DNA of 63,196 bases, filler included, from Octopus bimaculoides (Eukaryota), in NCBI RefSeq assembly GCF_001194135.2. It is 4 parts of 4 records of this genome, joined end to end, with 100 filler letters (N's around TTAATTAATTAA, not from the genome) between each part and the next. Parts side by side here need not be neighbours in the genome. Positions count along the whole stretch, not along the records: positions 30,047 to 55,126 come from NC_068992.1; positions 55,227 to 60,706 come from NC_068990.1; positions 60,807 to 63,196 come from NC_069000.1; 1 more part is not named here. The stretch is one strand, 5' to 3'. The position numbers and the translations under genes are program-made. The notes under the pieces were generated by a model. The model was not told where the DNA came from, did not search any database, and saw only the letters and a program-made list of their open reading frames with translations. This document shows positions 52,912-63,196 of the stretch, one piece after another. Positions within the stretch are counted from its first letter, which is position 1, and each line of letters opens with the position of its first letter.

Positions 52912-53785
52912 TGAGAGAATACCCAAAAGTAACTGGAAACATTCTTTATGAGACAAGCCCATTGTAGTTCAGGTTTCTGCTGCTAGAAGCCACTCCATGC
53001 AACTTTCAGACATCAGTCTGCTGACCAGCGGCATCAGTTAAGGTTGAACTACCACATGGTGCATCTTTGTTTTACAGGACTTTTCCCCAGTTCATGAATT
53101 TTTGAGATAGCTGAAACGAAGGAACAGCGTGCTTCCATGAAATTCTGTTTTCTGCCGAGGAAAAAACGGCAGACAAAATAATTGTCATCATTCAAACAGT
53201 TTACAAGGACACAGCCATGAGCAAAACACAAATTTACAAGTGGTTTTCATGCTTTAGGAATGGTCATTTATCACTTGAAGACCAACCTCATTCAGGGCAA
53301 CCATCAACCTCTCGAACGAAAGAAAACATCATGAAAATTCATGAAATGATCTTGGAGAACCACCACCAAACAAGTGATGAACTTGTTGATATGATTGGTA
53401 TGTGCTGGAGCTCCTGCCAACAAATTTTGAGTCAAGAATTGCAAATGAAAAGAGTTGTAGCAAAATTTGTGCAGTCATGACTGAATGCATGTGAAATGAA
53501 AGAACAGTTGGGAATTGATCCAAACCTTTTTCAAAGGACATCACTGGCGGTGAAATCTGGTTGTATGGAACTTGCAGATATGGAAGAGGTAAAGAAAAGC
53601 ATGAGGGAGGTGTTAAATGGCATCACTTTGCAAGAGTTCCAGCACTGCTTCAAACAATGGAAAACGCGTCTGGACCAATGCATTGCTTCAAATGGAGAAT
53701 ACTTTGAAGGCAATCAAAGTGTCAACATGTAAAATTAAGTGAATAAAATAATATTGCAAAATTCTGGTTTCTTTTGGGTACCGCA

Positions 53786-53788
<3 letters not shown>
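52912..53788 (+). mobile_element. Internally deleted mariner
   Basis: TIRs ..atacccaaaagtaactggaa / ttctggtttcttttgggtacc..; relics EQRASMKFCF..TQIYKWFSCFRNG..LED.PHSGQP and FQHCFKQWKTRLDQCIASNGEYFEG; catalytic core missing. Confidence 0.85.
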
Positions 53789-53837
<49 letters not shown>

Positions 53838-55126
53838 AACACTAAACTCGGCTTGCGAAGACCTGTTGAGGCAAGCGAAAGCGAAATCGTGATGGCACCT
53901 GTACCAGTGGAGCACTAAGAGCATGATCGTTGCCAGAGCAGCTGTCTGGCTTCCATGCCAGTGGCACGTAAATAGCACCATGAAAAGACTGGACTGGCTC
54001 TTGTGCAGGTGGCACGTAAAATACACCATTTCGAGCATGGCTGTTGCCAGTATCGCCTGACTGGCCTTCGTGCCGGTGGCAAGTAAAAGCACCCACCTCA
54101 CTCTCGGAGTGGTTGGCATTAGGAAGGGCATCCAGCTGTAGAAACTNNNNNNNNNNNNNNNNNNNNNNNNNNNNNNNNNNNNNNNNNNNNNNNNNNNNNN
54201 NNNNNNNNNNNNNNNNNNNNNNNNNNNNNNNNNNNNNNNNNNNNNNAATAATAACAATAAATGGAGCAAAACGCATATAAATAAAAGTTCCTATAAAACC
54301 ATGGAGAAAGTATCTCCGCAAAATTTCATTTGAAAACAAAATGAATCCTTATTATTAAATCGGGAGGAAAAAAATCAAACTGGTTATGCTGGTATTTTTT
54401 TACAAGTTTTACTCTTTCTGTTGCCATCTACAGGAGATCCTGGGCTTGTAACTGGAATCCTGTGGTGGCGGTGTAGTAATATACACACACGTGCCAATAT
54501 CAAAACATGGGAACAAACCCACGTCACAGCTTTACGTTCATTGTAAGGCAGCTTCAGTACTTCACCAGGACTAACATTTCCATTGCTTGTCCGTTTTACA
54601 TACACTCACAAACACACCTGTGTTTATGGCTAGGTTCCAACCCCTTTATAATTAAAACAAATGGAAATGCAATATGAAAGTATTTTACAAGGAACACTTA
54701 AAAAGAAACCTGGCAGTATATACATAAAATACATACATTGTATCAGTCACACATGCACGAGTTTTACCCCCGCCATATATATGTATATACACATACATTC
54801 ATACACGTGTGTGTTTGTAAACAGCAGTTTATATCGATGTTTCGAATCCAGGATTTAGTATCATTATTTTTGCTATTTCCGTCAACTCGTTAATTAATAA
54901 ATAAACAATATGTTGTTGTTTGAAGGAGAAGGTGGTGCGGGAATCACGGAACCCCCAATACACATCCGTGCTGCTTAAAATAAAATCAACCCTACCAAAT
55001 GACTATATCTCTTGTAAGGAAGCAACCATTTTTGCCAGGCATAACTGAATTTCGATTTCTCAGTTCCAATAAAGCTTCCCTTTTAATTAATAAGTCTAAT
55101 TACAGAAGAAAAAAATCACAAACATA

Positions 55127-55226
55127 NNNNNNNNNNNNNNNNNNNNNNNNNNNNNNNNNNNNNNNNNNNNTTAATTAATTAANNNNNNNNNNNNNNNNNN
55201 NNNNNNNNNNNNNNNNNNNNNNNNNN
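55127..55226. other. Artificial scaffold-joining spacer
   Basis: 44 N + TTAATTAATTAA (55171-55182) + 44 N. Confidence 0.97.
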
Positions 55227-56821
55227 CAAAGAGCGAGATCGTATGGTGTGACGCCAGTAGCATTGCAATAGGGGTTGTCTTGGAAATGGGAGGCGTCATG
55301 GTGGAAGATGCAGCCTGACTCAAGAAGACGGGTGACTGCAACCATATCAATGTGGCGGAGTTGGATACCGTGTTGAAGGGGGTGAACCTGGCCTTGAAGT
55401 GGGGGCTGCACACCATAGAAATTAGGACCAATTCGGCCACTGTACTTGGTTGGGTGGCGGCAGTCATCACCAATGAGCGGAGGGTGTGAACCAAAGGGGC
55501 CACAGAGATGTTGGTAATGCGTTGATTGGAGATACTGCGTGAACTAACCGCTAAGTTCGATCTGAAGCTGAGCGTGATCTTTGTGCCTTCTGAGAAGAAC
55601 AGGGCAGACGTCCTGACCAGGATAAAGCGAGCCTGGTTGCAGGTACCAGAGGATGCAGAGCAGGCTATGGCTGCAGTGTATGCCATCTGAGTGACTCGGA
55701 GTTGAGGAGACTGCATACCATGCATCACATGGGAGTGGACAGGAAGTTGTTCCTAGCCAGGAAAGTTGACTCCGATGTAACAAGATGGAGCATGCAGAGA
55801 GTGGTTAGCAGCTGTGACAGGTGCCAGTCCATCGATCCTGCTCCAGGCATACATAGAGGTGGGAAGTATTCCAGTGGACCACAACTGGAAATGACTGCCA
55901 GTGGACATAACACAATACCGTCAGGGGACGTACCTCTCAATAGTTGACTGTGGACCGCAGAGGAAATTGTGAGAGTATTAAATGAGATATTCCTGGAACG
56001 AGGCCCCGTGGATGAGCTGCTTCTGGATAATGGCACTACATTTCGCTCGGAGGTGCTGAAAGAAATGCTTGACGGGTGGCAGGTCAGCCGCTTCTTCAAG
56101 GCAGCATACCAGCCAAGTGGAAATGGAGTGGTGGAAACGCATCATCCTACCATCAAGACCATGGCAGAGAGGGGCCACATTTCACCAATCGAGGCCATAT
56201 TTTGGTACAATATGTCGCCCAGGTCAGGACAGGGGCTGAGGAGTCAGTGCCACACAGGGCAATATTCAGGTACAAGTGGAGGCATCCATGTACTGCATCA
56301 ATGCAACCTGGTGGATAGGAAAAGCACGCCTTCGTGCAGGTGGGGGAAGAAGTTTGGGTAAAACCCCCAAATGCACGGTGTACATCACAATGGGGAAAGG
56401 GAACAATAGCCTCCATCAATTCGAAGAACAACATCTCTGTCGATGGTATGCCATGCCATGTTTTGGATATGCGGAAGATTGTCAATGCTTCAGAGGATAA
56501 AACCTGCAGCAGTGTGCAAGAAGAGTGAGTGGGAAAGCCNNNNNNNNNNTGGTGTTCTGGGCTGTGATGAGCTATGTGGTGTTGGTGGAGAGGACTGTAG
56601 ATGAGGCAAACGGAAGTGAAGACTGCAGGGGCTGGCGGAAGAGCCACGGGGGCATGCGTGGACACAGAGCACGTGCAGACAGTTCGATGAGAGTGTGTGA
56701 AAGGTTGTGTTTTTATCTGGTCAGTGATTGCTCATCCTGCCATGGTCAACAGGTAAGGTCTCTGTATTTCTTTCTCCCTTTTGCTTCTTTTTCTGTTGTC
56801 CTTTTCCTCCATCACGCTACA
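55227..56821 (+). mobile_element. Gypsy-type LTR retrotransposon 3' half: RNase H, integrase (HHCC, DDE, GPY/F), PPT and 3' LTR
   Basis: WCDASSIAIGVVLE..HINVAELD..LKG..NRADVLTR; H..HH..C..C; LLLDNG..F...AAYQPSGNGVVE; VGEEVWVK. PPT ggtggagaggac, then an LTR TGTAG...CTACA at 56596-56821. Several stops and frameshifts. Confidence 0.85.
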
Positions 56822-57939
56822 AACAACTAAAAAAAAGTATATCTAAATAGCATTTTTTTCTTAATACTTTTTATGTAGTGGTTGAAGGAAGCTCTGGCTT
56901 TCATTAGGAATGGTCCACATAACCATTCATGGTACAGAGGCTTGGAGCCTATTTCAGTTTGGGAGTGAATCGTTATCACGTGTCACTTTGTCACAAACAC
57001 GTCATATAGCTGCAATAGAATGCTGTATCACCAACAATAATGTGATTTCTCTAAGACATCACCCAGTAATCTATCAAGTCCATTAACACATTTCTCAATA
57101 CATACTACTATTATGACTTCCCTTCCTCATCTTAGGCCATCGTTGTAGATGGGTAGATTTGCTAGTAATAATAATAATAATAATAATAATAGAATGCATT
57201 TAATGTAACAGAATAAAGATTTTGTTGTATTTGGGGCTGGCATGCCAATTAACCATATGCACTATATATTTGGTCTTCACTTCAGCTTTATTATTATTCT
57301 AATTTTAGTGTCCTTTATCTTAAAACTTTTGTCACATGTTCTGTAACCTCTTCAGCAACTCTCCATTCCACATGTCTCTTCCTGTTCTGTTTAGCCCATT
57401 CTGTCTTTCTGTGGTGTGTACCCTTATCTGTACATGCATTTGCGTCTGTATCTGTGTGTGTGTGTGTGTGTGTGTGTGTGCTCGCGTGCGTGCATGTCTA
57501 TGCATTTAGTATGTGTGCTTTGTATGCATGTATATGAGCTTGCTTACTACACAATTTGTACCCATATCTTTTATTTAGTTGTTTCTTTGTTTTTTGCTTT
57601 TTTATTCGTTTATTTAATTATTTATTTTTTTCACATTCCATTTTAAGTATGCGTATGTGTCTTGTGTGTGTGTATATAGGTTTATGTACTATACTGTTTG
57701 TATCTGTGTTTCTATTTTTCTTTTCTCCTCTCCTTTTGTCCTTAGTCGTCATGTTGCATAGTGTGGTAGAGTGAAGGGGATGTTGTCATTCCATTCATGT
57801 TCCTGTTGAGGCTCAGTCTATCTATTACTATGTGTGTAGTCTCTGTAATCGGTCTAAGAATTGTGTCTGGTCTATGTGTCGATAATATCTTAATATCTAT
57901 TTTATTAACTGAATGTTTATGTTCTATTTGAGCATGTTA

Positions 57940-58690
57940 ATAGAACACTAACAAGCTTTTCTCTTCCATGAGCTCCCACTAGTGTTCACCTATACTATGT
58001 GCTGTCTCCCTGATGTATGTTGTTGTCCTGTTTCTGCACCATCCCTCAGTATACTGTATACTATAGACTACAATCCTAATCTTACAGTTTACCTGTGGGT
58101 TCATCTTACATACTACACATTTGTTATCTGCACATGGGGGGCTTTCAGATGGATATGTTCTACAGATCAGGGATTTTATGGGGGTTCTTGGCCTTTCTAC
58201 TACTTTAATCCATAGATTCATCTTATCTAAGGTTTTCCTAAAAAGGTATGCTAGGTTGCTACCAGGAGTAGCATCAGCGAGCATGACACACTGTTATTTT
58301 TGGCTGTTGTACCATAAGCTGGCCTTATTTGTCTTTTTCTTGGTCCTTTCTAAGCTATTCCAGGATTTACACCTGTATAACAGGTAGATCCCATTTGCAT
58401 CATTCTCTACGATGGCCTTATTCTTAGCCTTGGGTCTTTTGTATGCTCTGATCCTGTCCCTTTGCCTGTAGCCAGAGAATCACATGCAGTGAATGAAGTG
58501 TTGTATGTGTCTTTCTAATTCCACAGGGCTACACATGCAGGACATATTTCTCATCTCTCTCACCAAGTCCTCTATTAGAATATTGAACTTTATGTTGTCT
58601 GCAATAGCTGCATCCTTGTGGACCAGGTATTTAGAGGCCACGTGGTTCTTGGAGGCTGATTTTCATCAAATCTCTGATAATGGTGTTTGT
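57940..58690 (-). mobile_element. Second, distinct Penelope-like element relic (Cys linker plus GIY-YIG)
   Basis: ATPGSNLA...IKVVERP..PIKSLI...PPC...C..C......C....VVYSI...TYIRETA...GEH. Confidence 0.75.
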
Positions 58691-58911
58691 TTGTGGTTAG
58701 AATAGTTTTCTTTGATTCTTTTACTTGTTTCAGTCATTTGACTGTGGCCATGCTGGAGCACCGCCTTTAGTCAAACAAATCAATCCCAGGACTTATTCTT
58801 CGTAAGCCTAGCACTTATTCTATTGGTCACTTTTGCCGAGCTGCTAAGTTTCGGGGACGTAAACACATCATCATCGGTTGTCAAGTGATGGTGGGGGGAA
58901 CAAATACGTAC

Positions 58912-58943
<32 letters not shown>

Positions 58944-59426
58944 GACAGGCTTCTTTCAGTTTCCGTCTACCAAATCCACTCACAAGGCTTTGGTCAGCCT
59001 GAGGCTATAGTAGAAGACACTTGCCTAAGGTGCCACACAGTGGGACCGAACCTGGAACCATGTGGTTGGTAAGCAAGTTACTTACCACACAGCCATTCCT
59101 GCACCCGTGAAATAGTTTCTGTTACATGACATAGAATATGGCCATATCATTCATACACGGGTAATGAAGTGCAGGAGGAGGAAGAGGAAAAAAAAAACAA
59201 TGATTGTTCCCTATCCTCTGAGTTTGGTGAATGGAACATACATCTTGGCAACAAAGTGGATTCCACAGGAACCATGGTAGAATATCATAAAGTCTTGGGT
59301 GTAGAGCATCAGAATGGTCAGCAATCTATCTTCTCCACACCTAATTCCATTACTCATTATTAATCATATAACTATTTGACAGCAAAGATTGTATTGTCAT
59401 AAATCATTTTTTTCTCTGTCACTCAG

Positions 59427-59525
59427 GATGTGGATATTTTAGACACAAAAGTTGGACTGAGACCATTTAGGGAACAAACCCGTCTGGACCAGGAAACTAT
59501 CACATTTAATGGTCGGTCTATACAG
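59427..59525 (+). CDS. DDO: D-aspartate oxidase / D-amino-acid oxidase family exon (DVDILDTKVGLRPFREQTRLDQETITFNGRSIQ)
   Basis: VGLRP.R...RL motif of the DAO/DDO family, which precedes the VVHNYGHG segment. Acceptor ttttttctctgtcactcag, donor CAG|gtgagt, 99 nt, phase 0 to 0. DDO versus DAO cannot be settled from 33 aa. Confidence 0.62.
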
Positions 59526-60339
59526 GTGAGTTCTCTTATCTTTACTACTGTCTCTTCCTTCTACTCCTACTCCTTGACTGAATCCCTATTTCGTAACCAA
59601 CTTCATCTAGAAGAGAACCACAAGGAAGACTATATTAAGAACTTCTCCATTAAGTTGATATACAGTAAATCAATAAATCACTTTCAGATGTTTCATAAAA
59701 TACAAAGGTCATCACTGATTGGTTTAATTGTATGTCTAATAGACTTAATACAGTAATGCCTCGATATACAATTTAACTCATTGTATATCGCTTTTAAAGT
59801 GAAAACTCATAAAGCAGAGCAATAATTTCTCATAACAGGAATGTTATAAATCATAATTCGTTCGTAGAAAAATATTTTACTTATAAAATGTATAATACTC
59901 ATAAAGAAATGGCAAAAAAACAACAGTAGGATGTAAAGAATATTTTATATAGCATAAAAAGAATGTCAATTTCATTTGTAATGAAGAATATTGTTATTAT
60001 AATTGTTTTCTGAATCACTTTTACTCGCACTAGACTCACACACACCATCACTTGTAGACATGATCACCAATTCACTAGCACTCATTGACAGACTTGTAGA
60101 TTTCTTTTTAAAAAACAAGTTTAGAGTTGTGTGCTTAGAAGAAGCATTCTTTCGCTCTTATTTATACCTGTAATTACTGGGGCACTGGGATATGTAACAC
60201 ACTGCCTAAATACCAGTCTTGAGAAATTAGGCTTCTTAAAACCAAAATGGAGAAAGCTGGTTCGAAGACTACAGATTCAAGCCTTCACTGGAAGTATAAA
60301 AATCTGTAAAACTTTCCAGAGATTTATCATTTAAGTATA

Positions 60340-60706
60340 TATATGAGCATGTCTAGACATACAGCTATGTGCATGAGAAGATTTGCCAATGTTCTGCACT
60401 GTGAGGACCAAAGACTCGAGGTATTTCGTGTTGCAAGACAGTGTAGGAGAGAGAATAGTGATGTCGTAGGAAAGAAATGTGTTCACATGGATGATGGTAC
60501 GCTTGCACTAAATGAGGCTGCAAAGAAAGTGGTCTGGAGATGCCACTACAATAGATTGCTTAATAAAGAGAATGAATGGGAGAAAGAGAGCCTGCCGTAT
60601 GTCGACCCAACAGAGGGACCAGCTATCCGAGTTGATAGTACCAGGGTAGATAAAGCAATTAAGAGTATGAAGACAGGGAAAGCCCCCGGCCCATCAGGAA
60701 TCACTG
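60340..60706 (+). mobile_element. RTE-type LINE fragment (pre-RT region), cut by the scaffold end
   Basis: VFRVARQ..REN.DVVG..C....G.L...W..HY.RLLN.ENEW...AIKSMKTGKAPGPSGIT. Confidence 0.85.
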
Positions 60707-60806
60707 NNNNNNNNNNNNNNNNNNNNNNNNNNNNNNNNNNNNNNNNNNNNTTAATTAATTAANNNNNNNNNNNNNNNNNNNNNNNNNNNNNNNNNNNNNN
60801 NNNNNN
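60707..60806. other. Artificial scaffold-joining spacer
   Basis: 44 N + TTAATTAATTAA (60751-60762) + 44 N. Confidence 0.97.
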
Positions 60807-60887
<81 letters not shown>

Positions 60888-61138
60888 GTGTGTATATTTA
60901 TATATGTGTGTGTGTATGTGTGAGAATATATATATACGTATATATGTATGTATATATATATACGTATGTATGTATATATGTATGTATATATATATATATA
61001 TGTATGTATGTATATATGTATGTATATATATATATATATATACGTATGTATGTATATATGTATGTATATATATATATATATACGTATGTATGTATATATG
61101 TATGTATATATATATATATACGTATGTATGTATATATG

Positions 61139-61187
<49 letters not shown>

Positions 61188-61499
61188 GTATATATGTATG
61201 TATGTATATATATATTTGTGTGTGTGTGTGTGTAAAATTTACCAGCTAAGACTCTGTAGAGGAAAAACCAATTATCTTGTTTGCATAAGATAGTAATCTT
61301 TCAGCTATTATCTTAAACTACACTTTTAGCTATTATCATAAAATTGATTTGATAACAGTTCTACTGTTGTTATTTTCATTCAGAATTGACAGCAGCATTC
61401 ATATAGTGAACGATATTGTAGGGTTGGTGTGAGAGACCAAATCTGACCAGTTTGAACATAAAACAGGCAGAATACTTTTGGCCGTATATGGCCGGTTTA

Positions 61500-61815
61500 A
61501 ATGGTTAATGGTTAAGGTATTTGGCTTACACTCACACTCTGAAAGTCATAAGTTTGATTCCTGGAAGTGCATCGTGTCGTTGAGCAAGATACTTTATTTT
61601 ATTTCTTGCTGCTCCAGTCCACTCGACTGGCCGAAATGCGCTGTACCTCTCATTCAAAGGGCCAGGCTTGTTTCATTTTAGCTTATGCTGAACCTCCCGA
61701 GATCTACATTAAGAGTACATGTGTCTGCAGAATGCTCAACCACTTGCACATTAATTTCATGAGCAGCCTGTCTAGTTGATTGTATCAACTGGAACACTTA
61801 TCGTTGTAACAACCA
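61500..61815 (+). mobile_element. Third SINE-like family; related copy at about 10640-10915 (-)
   Basis: tRNA-like head atggttaaggt...gtttgattcctgg followed by gtgtcgttgagcaagatactt. Confidence 0.5.
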
Positions 61816-62159
61816 ACAGAGAACCAGGCCATATTTAGGGCAACATGTTTACATAGTTCATTCATTTGCATCACGGGACCCAATTAAGATTTAACTAGGG
61901 TGAAATGGAGAATAGGTAAGTGTTGAGTATTGGTGCAGAAAGACTTTTGATTTGAACCTACAATATTTTATAGTATAAAAAATGTACAAGCATATTAGAT
62001 GCACCCAAGTTTTATAAGTTCATATTCATGAATAATGGAAAAAGTTCCTAGGGCATTAAAGCTGATGGGGAGCATGGCCCAAGGTGCCACACAGTAGGAC
62101 TAAACTTGAAGCCATGTGCAAACATTGCTTAGAACATTATTTTTGTGCAAAGAAAGCTA

Positions 62160-63060
62160 AAACAGTTTAGGAGAGAGGCTAAGTCGATTACATCGACCCC
62201 TGTGTCCAACTGGTACTTCATATTATTGACCCTGAAAGAATAAAAGTGAAGTTGACCTCGCCGAAATTCAAACTGAAAATGTAAAAACAATCAAAATGGC
62301 TCCAAGCATTTTTCCCAGCATGCTAACAATTCTGCGAGTTTGCCACCTTGATTTGTTTCCTATATATTGGTTTAAAATTTTGGTACAAGGTCAACAATTT
62401 TGGGGAAGTGTGTAGATCAATTACATCAACTGCAGTGATCAAATGGTACTTATTTTATTGACCCCAAAAAGATGAACGGCAAAGTCAACCTTGGCATAAT
62501 TTGAACTCAGAACGTAAAGATGAACAAAATGTTGCTAAGCATTTCACTCGGCATGGTAACGATTCTGCCAGCTCACTACCTTACTGGGCCAAGTGTTAGT
62601 TTCACAGGAATTTTAGGAGAGGGGTAAGCTGATTACATCGACCTCAACTGGTACTTAATTTATTGACCCTGAAAGGATGAAAGGCAAAAATGACCTCAGT
62701 GGAATTCGAACTCTGAACATAAAGAGGGATGAAATACTGCTAAGCATTTTGCCTGTCGTGGTAACGATTCTGATAGCTCACTGCCCTAACTGAGCTAAAT
62801 ATCATAATTTGAAACCTCTGACTATTGCTTTGTTCCTGTATATTGGTTTCAAATTTTGGCACAAGGCCAACAATTTTGGGGAAGGGGCTAATTCAGTTAC
62901 ATCAACCCGCAGTTCTGAACTGCTCCTTTTTTTAATTGACCCCAAAAGGATGAAAAGCAAAGTCGACCTTAGCAAAATTCAAACTCAGAACATAAAGATG
63001 GATAGAATAGCACTAAGCAGTTATCCCATCACAGTAACAATTCTACCAGCTCATCATCTT
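62160..63060 (-). mobile_element. Head-to-tail array of four copies of tRNA-derived SINE family B; other copies at about 4050-4340, 13880-14090, 27480-27990, 41300-41486, 43860-44230 and 44640-44850
   Basis: Repeated gagctggcagaatcgttagca..aaatgcttag..ttctgagttcaaatt..gtcgactttgcctttcatc (read on minus). Confidence 0.82.
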
Positions 63061-63196
63061 ATTGTTTCCTATATATTACCTCACTTTTACTGTTTTACCT
63101 GCTTCAATCATTTGACTGTGGCCATGCTGGAGCACCGCCTTTAGTCGAGCAAATCGACCCCAGAATTTTTTCTTTGTAAGCCTAGTACTTATTCTA

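Noticed and set aside
54380-55010. Possible LIG3 non-coding first exon or promoter (CpG patches, donor-like aga|gtaaac near 54410)
   Set aside because: An upstream exon is implied by the acceptor at 51878, but this location cannot be supported from sequence alone.
59169-59363. ORF with FGEWNIHL just upstream of the oxidase exon
   Set aside because: Only weak resemblance to the DAO Q.GNW segment, and no convincing splice sites.

Overview
Repeat-saturated, AT-rich eukaryotic DNA, most likely octopus or another cephalopod (inferred from the tRNA-SINE families, RTE LINE 3' ends ending in (GAT)n, and extreme microsatellite density). The window is not one contiguous locus. Three identical 100-bp spacers (44 N + TTAATTAATTAA + 44 N) at 29947-30046, 55127-55226 and 60707-60806 join four separate scaffolds. 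Host genes appear only as exons. LIG3 (DNA ligase III, minus strand) has five frame-consistent coding exons from 51877 to 39126, including a PARP-type zinc finger and a 60-aa mitochondrial-leader-like extension with a weak-ATG/strong-ATG layout and an overlapping uORF. There is one COMMD8 COMM-domain exon (17642-17797, minus) and one D-aspartate/D-amino-acid oxidase exon (59427-59525, plus). The rest is mostly mobile DNA: two Helitrons, six Tc1/mariner relics, two Penelope-like elements, a Gypsy-type LTR relic with a DIRS-like RNase H, a probable ISL2EU/Harbinger-like deletion derivative, piggyBac-type MITEs, fold-back elements, RTE LINE fragments and many SINEs. Most ORF-track entries are microsatellite or N-gap artefacts. 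All homology calls are by eye, without database searches. I found no clearly new biological system. The best leads are the LIG3 translation-control architecture, the THAP/SAP convergent deletion element and the LTR element with atypical RNase H.
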